This document shows positions 10,324-19,485 of a stretch of 64,000 nucleotides of DNA, in pieces. The translations under genes were made by a program, and so were the position numbers. Numbering within the stretch: position 1 is the stretch's first letter; each line of letters begins with the position of its first letter. Location: the NCBI GenBank assembly GCA_963836075.1, contig CAWIIB010000001.1, forward strand, positions 1,088,001 through 1,152,000, in the 5' to 3' direction. The stretch is from an uncultured Acidobacteriota bacterium. GTDB taxonomy: Bacteria > Acidobacteriota > JAQAZP01. Under the pieces are notes generated by a model, which was given only the letters and a program-made list of their open reading frames with translations, made no database searches and was not told the DNA's origin.

Positions 10324-10625
10324 TCGCACCCTCCCCCGCCCTTGTTTCCGTTCAGCACCCTGGTTGTGCACGAAAACATCTCGAGAACACAAGGTGTGAG
10401 CAGTCGGTAGAAGATGACATTGCCTTCTTTTCGGTTCTCCACGATCCCGGCGGTCAGCAGCACGGCCAGGTGCTTGGATACCGTGGACTGGTCCAGTCCA
10501 ACAGCCCGCGTCAGGTCTCCCGCCGATCGTTCACACCGGCGAAGCTGCTGAATGATCATCAGTCGCGCCTCGTTCCCCAACGCCCGGTGGAGCCTGGCCT
10601 GCGCCTTGAAATCTTCTCTCTGCAT
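10320..10625 (-). CDS. arsR: ArsR/SmtB transcriptional regulator
   Basis: ALGNEARLMI..DQSTVSKHLAVL..GIV helix-turn-helix; SD GGGGAGG before ATG 10625. Confidence 0.9.
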   Translation of the reverse strand: MQREDFKAQARLHRALGNEARLMIIQQLRRCERSAGDLTRAVGLDQSTVSKHLAVLLTAGIVENRKEGNVIFYRLLTPCVLEMFSCTTRVLNGNKGGGGCE

Positions 10626-10673
10626 CACCGAACCTCCCCCTGTCCGCCACTGGATGTCTGTGGCAAGATGGAG

Positions 10674-10702
10674 ATCATATGGCAATATGGCAATATTGTC
10701 AA
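10674..10702 (-). promoter_or_regulatory. Sigma70 promoter of the ars operon with a probable ArsR operator in the spacer
   Basis: Minus strand TTGACA-17-TATGAT; the spacer contains ATATTGCC twice. Confidence 0.8.
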
Positions 10703-10758
10703 ATTGCTTGAGCCCATCGTGCTTTACAGTGTCTTTGAATTTCGAATAAGCCGGAGAT

Positions 10759-11208
10759 TCAGGTAGTTCGGCCCTCACGCATGGCCAGGGCCTGTTCGAT
10801 CACGCGCGGCAAGCTCGAAGTGGTCTGGTAGTCGGCCAGTTCTTCGGGGAGGACGAACCGGGCATCCGCGGCGTCTGAGGCGGCGGTTGGCACACTGTCT
10901 CCGGCCGCTTCGCAGAGATAATCAACCAGGACGTAGTGATATTGCACGGTGCCGTCCTCGTCTCGGAGAATCCGGTCAAAGGTGGTGATCAGGGGCCCCA
11001 CCTCCACCTCGACCCCGGTCTCCTCCAGCACCTCCCGGCGGACACCGTCGGCCATGGATTCCCCGAGGTCGAGCATTCCGCCCGGTATGGACCAGCGGCC
11101 CTTGAGCGGTTCGCTCCCGCGGCGGATCAGCAGCACCCGGCCGTCGGGGTGGAAAACCACCCCACCCACGCCGACCCTCGGATGCTCCGGATAGCGCCTG
11201 TTCCCCAT
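10759..11208 (-). CDS. NUDIX hydrolase (ADP-ribose pyrophosphatase-like)
   Basis: Nudix box GGMLDLGESMADGVRREVLEETG. Confidence 0.92.
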   Translation of the reverse strand: MGNRRYPEHPRVGVGGVVFHPDGRVLLIRRGSEPLKGRWSIPGGMLDLGESMADGVRREVLEETGVEVEVGPLITTFDRILRDEDGTVQYHYVLVDYLCEAAGDSVPTAASDAADARFVLPEELADYQTTSSLPRVIEQALAMREGRTT

Positions 11209-14180
11209 CAGTATCCCAACTCTTCGAGGAAGGAAAGGACCACGCTCTCCACCCGGGCGGTTGTCGCCTGGTACTCGAAGATCATCCTTTCGGAACCGGC
11301 CGTGCCATCCGTGTCGTCACCGTATCCGAGAATGCGGGCCATCTGCCCGGTTTCGTCGGTCAGCAGTTCATCTTCGGCCGCCACGGTGAGCCGGTACAGA
11401 TCCCGGCGGTGCTTGAGGTAGGTGAAGGCCTGGAACAGCTGATCCAGGTCGCCGGCCCGCTGGGGCATCAGTTCCAGCAGTGGCTGGTGGAGTTCCAGCG
11501 ATACCGGCTGCCAGAGGTTGTGCTTCGCTTCGAGGCAGAGCAGCAGCAGTTCGATGTCCCGCAGACCGCCCTTGGTCTCCTTGACGTTCATGCTGGAGAT
11601 CAGCCCCTGGTCCACGGCTTCGTGCCGCGAGCGGATCTCGCGCGCCAGGCGGCGGATGTAATCGTCCTTGCGAGCCAGGATGAACGGTTCGATGATCTGT
11701 TGCCGGAGATCGCTCTCGAACTGTTTGCTGCCTACGATGCGCCGACCGCTCATCAACTGGGACATGTCGATGAAGGTTGTATCGTCCGGCTCCTCAAACA
11801 GCGTGCGGATCTGTCCGAAGGTGGTGACGTAGTCCCCGAAGCGCTCGGCAAAGCGGTAATGGGGCATGGTGCCGCGGCGGATGATCTGGCGGTTCATCCT
11901 GGCGATGATCCGGCAGCAGTAGGCCAGCACCTCCGGTTCGTCGTTCTTGAGGATGGCCACCAGGTCGAAATCGTCGTCAAAGGCCAGTTTGCGGCCGTGC
12001 CCCCCGGCGGAGTAGATCCCCAGCAGGTCGCGGGTGGGGACCCGGCCCCCCGACTCCTGGTCCACCTCCTGCTTGCAGACGTCGAAAAGAATGCGGAAAT
12101 AGTTGTCGGAGAATTCGGTGAACTCGGCGTCAGTGTACTCGGTGGGCTTTCCGTTCATCGCCTCCAGGCCCACGCGGAGGAACTCCAGGTCGTAGTAACT
12201 TCCCAGGTCGTGCTTTTTCCGCGAAAAGGTCTTCAGGCTGTCCAGGCGGGCGAAGATCCCCTTGGCGATCACTTTCAGCCGCTGCGGCTTGTCGAAGTGC
12301 TCCACATATTCGGCGTAGCGCACCACGATGCGCTGGAAAAATCGCTTGAAATAGTGGCTGGTGGTGAGGTGCAGCCGGCAGAAATAGATCAGCTGTTTGC
12401 GCAGCACCTCCACCTCCCGGGACCAGGCCTGGTCGCCCTCCAGCATCTGCAGGAAGCGCTCGGTCTCCTCGGTGGGCATGCCCAGCAGAAAGCTGTTCAC
12501 CAGCCGGGGGTAGTGATGGAAGACAGTGGTCACCCGGGAAACCTTGTCGCCGCAGCGCATCAACCGGCCGATGAAGGCTGAGCCCAGGTCCTGGAAGAGG
12601 GAGAGGGAGTCGACCTTGCGGATGTTGCGGTAGAGGATGTCCAGCAGGCGGAAGAGGGGCAGCGCGGTGACTTCACCCCATTTGGCGTAGCGCTGGATCC
12701 AGATCTGCTTTTTCGACGGGTCCAGCCGGTTGAAATCATCGACAAAGCGTTTGAGCAGGGTCAGGTCCACCCCTTCCAGCTGGTCGAGGACATCGTCCCA
12801 GAACCGGGTGCCGCGGAAAAAGCGCAGCGCGGTGACGAACTCCACTGCGAGGTTGCCGTCCCGGGAGGAGCCCACCTTGACCAGGCCCCGGGTGCGGACC
12901 ATGCCGGAAAAAACACTGACCCGTTCAAGGTGGATCCGCAGGTCCTCCACCAGCACCTGGGCCATGGCCCTGGCGGTGGTCACGTGCTCGTGGTAGTGGA
13001 TCAGCAGGTGGTCATACGCCTTGACCACCCCCATGTCCTCGTAGCCCATCAACTCGGCCACCGCCTTCAGCTGGGCGTGGGAACCCTCCTCTTCCAGCGG
13101 GATCTCCTCCTCCTGGACTTCGAGCATCTGGTAGAGGAAACGGAAGGCTTCGATGAAGGAGAGCGACCGCTCCAGTTCCTCGTACACGTCGAGGTAGCGG
13201 GAGTCCAGCTCCATCAACTGCCGCAACACCTCCCAGGCGTTGACATCCTCGAGGCCGAACACCGTCTTGCGCGCCGAAACGATGCCCTTGATGATGCGCA
13301 GCGCGTCGCTCTTGGGATCGATGCTCCCCTTGCGGATCTCCCACATCATCAGCGCCCGCACCTCGCCGAGCATGCCCCGGAGGTAGCCCTCGTGAAACCG
13401 GTTGTCGCCGCCGGGACGGTAGAAGTAGCGGTCGGTGACCTCCTTGGTGAACACGTTGAACAGGTCGGTACTGCCGAGGATCGGTTGAGCGCCGAGCATT
13501 TCGGAAATGATGATGAAGTCCTGGATCTCGTGGTCCAGAAGTTCCCGGTACTCGGCGATGGACGCGGAGTAACTCTGCTCGCCCACGTGCTCGGAGAGAT
13601 AAAAATGGAGCGGGACCGCCCGGCGCAGCATCTCCCGCTGCAGACGGCCCACCGCCCGGTTGAACGGCGCCCGCAGGTCCGATCCGTCATCGACGATACC
13701 CAGGTCGAGGTCGTCCTGGTCGGCGCGGGTGCCCACGCCGCAGATGACGAACTCGGGCCGCTGGCTTTCAGGAAGAAAGATGTTGAGCAACTGCTCCATG
13801 TAGCAGGAAATCATCCGGCGCAGATCGTTGCCCATCTGCAGCATGAAATCGCGGTAAACCCGGAACCGGTCGGCCCGTGCCGTGAGGCCCAGGCGCAGGA
13901 TATCCACCGCCCTGGTGTTCATGTGCAGATACTGGAGGGCGAAATAGGTACCCAGGAGTTCGAGTTTCTCCTCCTCGGTTTCCCCCAGCTCACTGACCAG
14001 GGCCATCTGGGCGCAGATGTCCTGGGCGCCGCGCCAGAGCTGGACCGCGTCGATCTTCCCCTGGGTTTCCAGCAGGTCGATCAGTTTCTGACCATGGGAT
14101 GAGATAAAGCGGATGTACTTGAGGTGGTGATTCCCCAGCGATTCGGCCCGTTCCTTAAGCTTGGCAAAATTGTCAAGCAT
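11208..14180 (-). CDS. Divergent GlnE/GlnD-like protein with two nucleotidyltransferase domains
   Basis: GVGTRADQDDLDL and AGGHGRKLAFDDDFDL NTase-like motifs; VKETKGGLRDIE helical-domain signature; 990 aa. Confidence 0.65.
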   Translation of the reverse strand: MLDNFAKLKERAESLGNHHLKYIRFISSHGQKLIDLLETQGKIDAVQLWRGAQDICAQMALVSELGETEEEKLELLGTYFALQYLHMNTRAVDILRLGLTARADRFRVYRDFMLQMGNDLRRMISCYMEQLLNIFLPESQRPEFVICGVGTRADQDDLDLGIVDDGSDLRAPFNRAVGRLQREMLRRAVPLHFYLSEHVGEQSYSASIAEYRELLDHEIQDFIIISEMLGAQPILGSTDLFNVFTKEVTDRYFYRPGGDNRFHEGYLRGMLGEVRALMMWEIRKGSIDPKSDALRIIKGIVSARKTVFGLEDVNAWEVLRQLMELDSRYLDVYEELERSLSFIEAFRFLYQMLEVQEEEIPLEEEGSHAQLKAVAELMGYEDMGVVKAYDHLLIHYHEHVTTARAMAQVLVEDLRIHLERVSVFSGMVRTRGLVKVGSSRDGNLAVEFVTALRFFRGTRFWDDVLDQLEGVDLTLLKRFVDDFNRLDPSKKQIWIQRYAKWGEVTALPLFRLLDILYRNIRKVDSLSLFQDLGSAFIGRLMRCGDKVSRVTTVFHHYPRLVNSFLLGMPTEETERFLQMLEGDQAWSREVEVLRKQLIYFCRLHLTTSHYFKRFFQRIVVRYAEYVEHFDKPQRLKVIAKGIFARLDSLKTFSRKKHDLGSYYDLEFLRVGLEAMNGKPTEYTDAEFTEFSDNYFRILFDVCKQEVDQESGGRVPTRDLLGIYSAGGHGRKLAFDDDFDLVAILKNDEPEVLAYCCRIIARMNRQIIRRGTMPHYRFAERFGDYVTTFGQIRTLFEEPDDTTFIDMSQLMSGRRIVGSKQFESDLRQQIIEPFILARKDDYIRRLAREIRSRHEAVDQGLISSMNVKETKGGLRDIELLLLCLEAKHNLWQPVSLELHQPLLELMPQRAGDLDQLFQAFTYLKHRRDLYRLTVAAEDELLTDETGQMARILGYGDDTDGTAGSERMIFEYQATTARVESVVLSFLEELGY

Positions 14181-14268
14181 GGCGACCTTTCCGCCGGGGA
14201 TCCGTCTGGCGAGGCTGAAAACACGGGAACCGGACCACTCCCCGGCGGTCCGGCTCCCGAAGAGCAGG

Positions 14269-14817
14269 CTACAGATCGAGTGCTTTGGCCACTTCCACCC
14301 CGGCCTTGAAGGCCCGGAGGTTCAGCTCCTCGGTGCCCTTGGGCACCCGGGCCAGAATGGCCGACTCCACGGCCTGTCCGGAAACCACGCCGGCCAGCTC
14401 GGTGATCACACCGAGAGCCACGATGTTGGCCACCAGCACGCGGCCCACCGTGTCACGGGCGGTGGAGATGATCGGAACCTTGAACATTTTGAAGGTACCC
14501 TCGGGCATCGTGCTCACCGCGTCCTCATCCACCAGCAGCATGCCGTCGCCCTTAAGATCCTTGCAGTAGCGGTTCACCGACTCCTGGGTCAGGGCCAGCA
14601 GGAGGTCGATGTTCACCGCCTTGGGATAATCAATGTCGTCGTCGGAGATGATGACATCGGAGCGGCTGGCGCCTCCCCGCGCTTCCGGTCCGTATGACTG
14701 GCTCTGGGTGGCATTCTTGTCGTCGTAGATGGCGGCGGCTTCGGCCAGAACCTTCCCGGCCAGAACCAGGCCCTGCCCCCCCTCGCCGCTCAACCGGACC
14801 TCGTAACGAAAACTCAT
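14269..14817 (-). CDS. korC: 2-oxoacid:ferredoxin oxidoreductase gamma subunit
   Basis: GEGGQG, QSYGPEARGG. Confidence 0.92.
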   Translation of the reverse strand: MSFRYEVRLSGEGGQGLVLAGKVLAEAAAIYDDKNATQSQSYGPEARGGASRSDVIISDDDIDYPKAVNIDLLLALTQESVNRYCKDLKGDGMLLVDEDAVSTMPEGTFKMFKVPIISTARDTVGRVLVANIVALGVITELAGVVSGQAVESAILARVPKGTEELNLRAFKAGVEVAKALDL

Positions 14818-14829
14818 TTTCGATATCTC

Positions 14830-15642
14830 CTATGCTCGCGCCAGGGAAGCGATCAACTGATCATAGCGTTCGGTGTATTCCGGCTTGTCCTTGTCGACGA
14901 AGATACCGGTGACGATCTTGCCCTCCAGTTCCTCCTCGGTCATCTTCTCGGCTTTCTTCAGCGGAACAGAAAGCTCCTTCAGTTCCTGGAGCATCACCAC
15001 ACCGTTGCGCAGCTTGTTGCGGCGCCCGTAGACCGTGGGACAGGGGCTCATCGCCTCCACCACCGAAAAGCCGTTCTTCAGCATGGCCTTCTCGATGAAG
15101 CGGCTCAACTGCACCGTCTGGTAGGCGGTGCTCCGGGCGACAAAGGACGCCCCGGCCGCCTCGGCCAGGCCGCTGATGTTGAACGAGGGTTCGAGGTTGC
15201 CGAAGGGAGCGGTGCTGGCCATCTTGCCCACCGGGGTGGTGGGTGATACCTGGCCGCCGGTCATCCCGTAGATGTAGTTGTTCATCAGGATCACGGTGAG
15301 GTTGATGTTGCGGCGGGCGGCGTGGATGTAATGGTTGCCGCCGATGGCCGTGGCATCGCCGTCACCGGTGACCACCACCACGTGCAGTTTGGGATTGGCC
15401 ATCTTGACGCCGGTGGCGAAGGGGATCGCCCGGCCGTGGGTGGTGTGCAGGGTGTTGAAGTCGACATACCCGGGCATGCGGCTGGAACAGCCGATGCCGG
15501 AAACCAGCACCATCTCGTCGTTGGTCCAGCCGATCTTGTCGATGGCCCGGAGGATCGCTTTCATCACGATGCCGTGGCCGCATCCGGCACACCAGATCAG
15601 GGGAAATTTCTGCTCGCGGAGATATGGGCTGTACTGGCTCAT
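14830..15642 (-). CDS. korB: 2-oxoacid:ferredoxin oxidoreductase beta subunit
   Basis: WCAGCG, SGIGCS, GDGD TPP motif, YGMTGGQ. Confidence 0.93.
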   Translation of the reverse strand: MSQYSPYLREQKFPLIWCAGCGHGIVMKAILRAIDKIGWTNDEMVLVSGIGCSSRMPGYVDFNTLHTTHGRAIPFATGVKMANPKLHVVVVTGDGDATAIGGNHYIHAARRNINLTVILMNNYIYGMTGGQVSPTTPVGKMASTAPFGNLEPSFNISGLAEAAGASFVARSTAYQTVQLSRFIEKAMLKNGFSVVEAMSPCPTVYGRRNKLRNGVVMLQELKELSVPLKKAEKMTEEELEGKIVTGIFVDKDKPEYTERYDQLIASLARA

Positions 15643-16793
15643 CTGCTTGCCACCTCTTCAATCTTCTCCATGACCATCATCGGGCTGATCGGATCGCCGC
15701 TGATCAGGTTGACACGCTCGACCCTGGCGTCTCCAGCCACGGCCCACTCGACCTCGTGCGCCATCTGCCCCAGGTTCATCTCCGGGACGATGATCGTGTG
15801 TACCTGCTTCCCCATCTCGCGGACTTCCTTGTCCGGGAAGGGCCAGAGCACCTTGGGCCGCAGCAGCCCCACCTTGATCCCCTTCTCCCGGGCCGTGTTC
15901 ATGGCCCGGCGGGCCGACCGGGCACAGGAGCCGTAGGCGAAGACGCCGATCTCCGCATCATCGAGCTCGAACTGCTCCACGTCAACGATATCGTCGCGGT
16001 AGCGCTCCATCTTGCGATTGATCCGCAGGAGCATCTTGTTGATCTCGTCCGTGTTGTTGGTCGGGAACCCGGTCTCGTCATGGCACAGCCCGGTGACATG
16101 GAAGCGGTAGCCGGTGCCGAAACTGGCCATCTCCGGGATGTCGTTCTCGGTGTGGCGATACGGCAGGTGCTCTTCCGGGGTGTCAGTGGGCCCCGCACGG
16201 TCGATCAGCGTCAGTTCGCTGGCCGGGGGAATGACGATCTTCTCGCTGGTGTGCCCCACGATCTCGTCGAGGAGGATGATCACCGGGATACGGTATTTTT
16301 CGGTGAGGTTGAAGGCCTCCACGGTGAGGTGGAAGGTCTCGGTGACGCTCTGGGGGCAGACGGCGATGATCGGGTGGTCGCCGTGGGTGCCCCAGCGCGC
16401 CTGCATCACATCCGACTGGGAAGGCAGGGTGGGCAGACCGGTGCTCGGTCCGCCGCGCATCACGTTGACGATGACGCAGGGGACTTCGGTGATGCAGGCA
16501 TAACCGATGTTTTCCTGCTTGAGGGAGAAACCGGGACCGCTGGTGGCGGTCATCGACTTGGCCCCGGTGAGCGAGGCGCCGATGATCGCACCCATGGCGG
16601 CGATCTCATCCTCCATCTGGATGAACTTGCCGCCGACCCGGGGCAGGTGGGCTGACAGATCCTCGGCGATCTCCGACGAGGGTGTGATCGGGTACCCGGC
16701 GAAGAACCGTACTCCGGCGGCGAGCGCACCTGCCGCGCAGGCATCGTTCCCCGTCATCAGTCGAACGTTGCTGTTCGATTTGGCCGCTGACAT
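15639..16793 (-). CDS. korA: 2-oxoacid:ferredoxin oxidoreductase alpha subunit
   Basis: YPITPSSE, QMEDE, ATSGPG, RGGPSTG. Confidence 0.93.
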   Translation of the reverse strand: MSAAKSNSNVRLMTGNDACAAGALAAGVRFFAGYPITPSSEIAEDLSAHLPRVGGKFIQMEDEIAAMGAIIGASLTGAKSMTATSGPGFSLKQENIGYACITEVPCVIVNVMRGGPSTGLPTLPSQSDVMQARWGTHGDHPIIAVCPQSVTETFHLTVEAFNLTEKYRIPVIILLDEIVGHTSEKIVIPPASELTLIDRAGPTDTPEEHLPYRHTENDIPEMASFGTGYRFHVTGLCHDETGFPTNNTDEINKMLLRINRKMERYRDDIVDVEQFELDDAEIGVFAYGSCARSARRAMNTAREKGIKVGLLRPKVLWPFPDKEVREMGKQVHTIIVPEMNLGQMAHEVEWAVAGDARVERVNLISGDPISPMMVMEKIEEVASR

Positions 16794-16827
16794 TGGCGAG
16801 ATCCTTTCTGCTGCTGGGATACTGAAG

Positions 16828-17043
16828 TCAGGTCACGGTGATGGCGAAATCGGGACACCGATAGTCGCACAGCTGGCAATTGGTGCAGGCCTCGAGGTTG
16901 ACCACCACGGCCACACCGTTCTCCATCGCCAGCACATCGGTGGGACAGAACTCCACACAGATGCCACAGCCCTTACACAGCCTGTCCACAATTTCAATGA
17001 CTGGAGGGGCCTTTTCCTTCTTGACCGCCGCTTCCTCGCTCAT
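16828..17043 (-). CDS. korD: 2[4Fe-4S] ferredoxin delta subunit
   Basis: CKGCGICVEFCP and CTNCQLCDYRCP. Confidence 0.9.
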   Translation of the reverse strand: MSEEAAVKKEKAPPVIEIVDRLCKGCGICVEFCPTDVLAMENGVAVVVNLEACTNCQLCDYRCPDFAITVT

Positions 17044-17182
17044 CCAACTCTCCCCTGGATCACGGTTGCCGGCGGGTGACAGGAGTATTTCTCTCGCCAT
17101 TCCGGCCGGACGCATGGAGTTTTTGCCCGGCCCTCGCATCTGCAACCTGAGGGAAGCCCGGGTACGTGCGTTTCAAGCCCGG

Positions 17183-17211
17183 AATATACTCCTCGACCCG
17201 GAGAGAGTCAA
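17183..17211 (-). promoter_or_regulatory. Sigma70 promoter of korDABC
   Basis: Minus strand TTGACT-17-TATATT. Confidence 0.65.
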
Positions 17212-17271
17212 GATCGAAACAACTTTTCAATCGTTGGGAAATCAACAGTTTCCAAGCAGTGGGGCAGAGGA

Positions 17272-19470
17272 TCAATTGAGGTAGCCGAGGGCACGGAGCT
17301 GCCGGCGCATTTCCGGGGACATTTCGCCACCGGTCAGAGAGCCGGTGGCCGCCGCGGCTTCGGCCAGCTCGCGGCTCTCCCGGTCCAGTTCGAAGATCCT
17401 GTGGCGCAAATCCGACACGATCCCGTCCGCGTCGGCCTGGGCCGCCGGGTCCACTTCCCCCCCCTTCAGCGGATCGGTGCTGAAGAGCCGGGCCCGTCCA
17501 GAGGAACGGTCGAGGATCAGCTTGAAGTCTCCCATTTCCAAAGACTTCCAGTTCACTGCGTCCTGGGTGCCCTCGGAGAGGACCGCCAGTGGGTCACCGG
17601 TGTACGGGCCGGAGTTCACCGAGTCCGGCAATCCGCCGAACAGGCCGGCCATGTCGCGGCCCTGGACCCCCGGATGTGACTCCACGTTCCCGGCCAGCGC
17701 CAGCAGGGTGGGGTAGAGATCGATGAGCTGCAGGCCGGTCTCCCAGGGCGCCCGGGCCGGAATCCCGCCCGGCAGCCGCACCAGCAGCGGCACCCGGAGC
17801 AGTTCGTCGTAGAGGGTGTGGCCGTGTCCCAGGCCGCCATGCTCCAGAAACTCCTCCCCGTGGTCGGCAGTGACCACCACCACCGACCGCTGGAGAATTC
17901 CGCGCTGCTCCAGCAGCGAGAGCAGGCGCCCCAGCTGGCGGTCAAAGGCGAGGATCTCCTCGTCATAAAGCAGTTGCAGGCGGTCCAGGTCGGCGGATTC
18001 CAGGAGCCCGCCGCGCATGATGGTCTGCACCAGGCCGGAGCTCCGCAGGTAACGGCCGCGGTATGGGCCCGGGGACGGAGCCGGTTTCGGGCTGTACGGC
18101 TCGTGGGGGTCCATGTAGTGCAGCCAGAGGAAGAAGGGCTGGCCGGGTACCGGCACCCCTTCCAGCCACTGGAGGGCCCGGGCGGTGACCTGGTCGGCAC
18201 GGATCCGGTCCTTCGACTCCCCACCCTCCGGACCGTGGCAGAGCAGCCGGTGCCAGAACATCCGTTTCAGCTGGTAGCTCGACACCCCGCCCTCCTCGAG
18301 GTGAGTATAGGCACTGAACCCCCGGTGAAAACCGAACTCCCGCTTGAGCCAGGGGTTGGTGGCGATGGCACGGGTCAGATACCCCTCAGCGGCCAGGGCG
18401 CCGGCCAGGGTGGGCACCGCGGCCGGCAGGCGGGCCGGACCGCCGCCCATACCGAGGGCCGAAGGGAGCCGGCCGGTGAACAGGGACGACATGGACGGCA
18501 GGGTCCAGGGCGAGTTGCTGGTCATCCGCTGAACCAGCACCGCCTCCCTCGAGAATCGGTCAAGGGCCGGAGAGGACCTCCGCTCGCTGCCGTAGCAGGA
18601 GAGACGGTCCGAACGGAGCGTGTCCACCGTAATCAGCAGGATGTTGGGTCTCCGGTCGGCACCGTCTGTCGCTGCGGGAAACGCCTCGACACGTCTCACC
18701 TCCGGCAGGAGGGAAGCCGTCAGCAGACCGGCGGCCAGGTGGACGGCCAGCAGCACGATACACACCACCCACGACCAGGGACGGCCGGTACCCCCGCGCA
18801 GCGGCGGCAGGAGGGTGAGCAGGAGAAAGAGCAGGGCCGAGGCAGCCGCCACGGCCAGGGTCACCCCTGCCCCACCGCCAAGAACGGGTTGGAGGGCCAG
18901 GCCCAGGGCCAGCAGAGTGCCGGCGGACCAGACAGCCGCCAGAACGATCCCCACCCGACCCAGGAACCCCCTGCGCATGAAAGAAAGGGCAGCCGCTGCT
19001 GCGGCCCCGCCGGCGGCGAGGGAAACGGCAAGGGCGGTGAGGAGATTGAAGACCACCGGTGGTGAACGCAGCATCTCACCCGGACGTTGACCGGACGGCA
19101 GCAGGGATGACCACCAGGGGGCGAGGATGGCTCCCGCCACAATGAGCAGGACGAGGCAGGCAATCCCCGCGTCCTGCCGCTTTCGGCCGGCCAGGGTCGC
19201 CGGCAGCCAGAGAACCAGGCCGGCGGCCACACCGAGGCCCAGACAGGCCAGCGACGGCACGTAGAGCAGCTGGAAGATGTCACGGGCATGGAAACGGAGA
19301 ATGCCGATGCCGGTGGCCGGTTGGTTGACCAGCGCCTGCACCCCGAGGTAGAGGCCGAGAAACAGCCCGGATAGTCCCCCGGCTGCCACGGCCTGCAGCA
19401 GAATCCCGTATGCACGGCGGTTTCCACCGCCCTGCTCATTCTCCGTTTTCATCGATACGCCAGGATTCAC
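17272..19470 (-). CDS. Membrane-anchored sulfatase-like hydrolase
   Basis: Multi-TM N-terminus; PNILLITVDTLRSD, PWTLPS, HYMDPH, ADHGEEF, LRALGYL. Confidence 0.85.
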   Translation of the reverse strand: MNPGVSMKTENEQGGGNRRAYGILLQAVAAGGLSGLFLGLYLGVQALVNQPATGIGILRFHARDIFQLLYVPSLACLGLGVAAGLVLWLPATLAGRKRQDAGIACLVLLIVAGAILAPWWSSLLPSGQRPGEMLRSPPVVFNLLTALAVSLAAGGAAAAAALSFMRRGFLGRVGIVLAAVWSAGTLLALGLALQPVLGGGAGVTLAVAAASALLFLLLTLLPPLRGGTGRPWSWVVCIVLLAVHLAAGLLTASLLPEVRRVEAFPAATDGADRRPNILLITVDTLRSDRLSCYGSERRSSPALDRFSREAVLVQRMTSNSPWTLPSMSSLFTGRLPSALGMGGGPARLPAAVPTLAGALAAEGYLTRAIATNPWLKREFGFHRGFSAYTHLEEGGVSSYQLKRMFWHRLLCHGPEGGESKDRIRADQVTARALQWLEGVPVPGQPFFLWLHYMDPHEPYSPKPAPSPGPYRGRYLRSSGLVQTIMRGGLLESADLDRLQLLYDEEILAFDRQLGRLLSLLEQRGILQRSVVVVTADHGEEFLEHGGLGHGHTLYDELLRVPLLVRLPGGIPARAPWETGLQLIDLYPTLLALAGNVESHPGVQGRDMAGLFGGLPDSVNSGPYTGDPLAVLSEGTQDAVNWKSLEMGDFKLILDRSSGRARLFSTDPLKGGEVDPAAQADADGIVSDLRHRIFELDRESRELAEAAAATGSLTGGEMSPEMRRQLRALGYLN

Positions 19471-19485
19471 TGGTCCGCTATTCCC

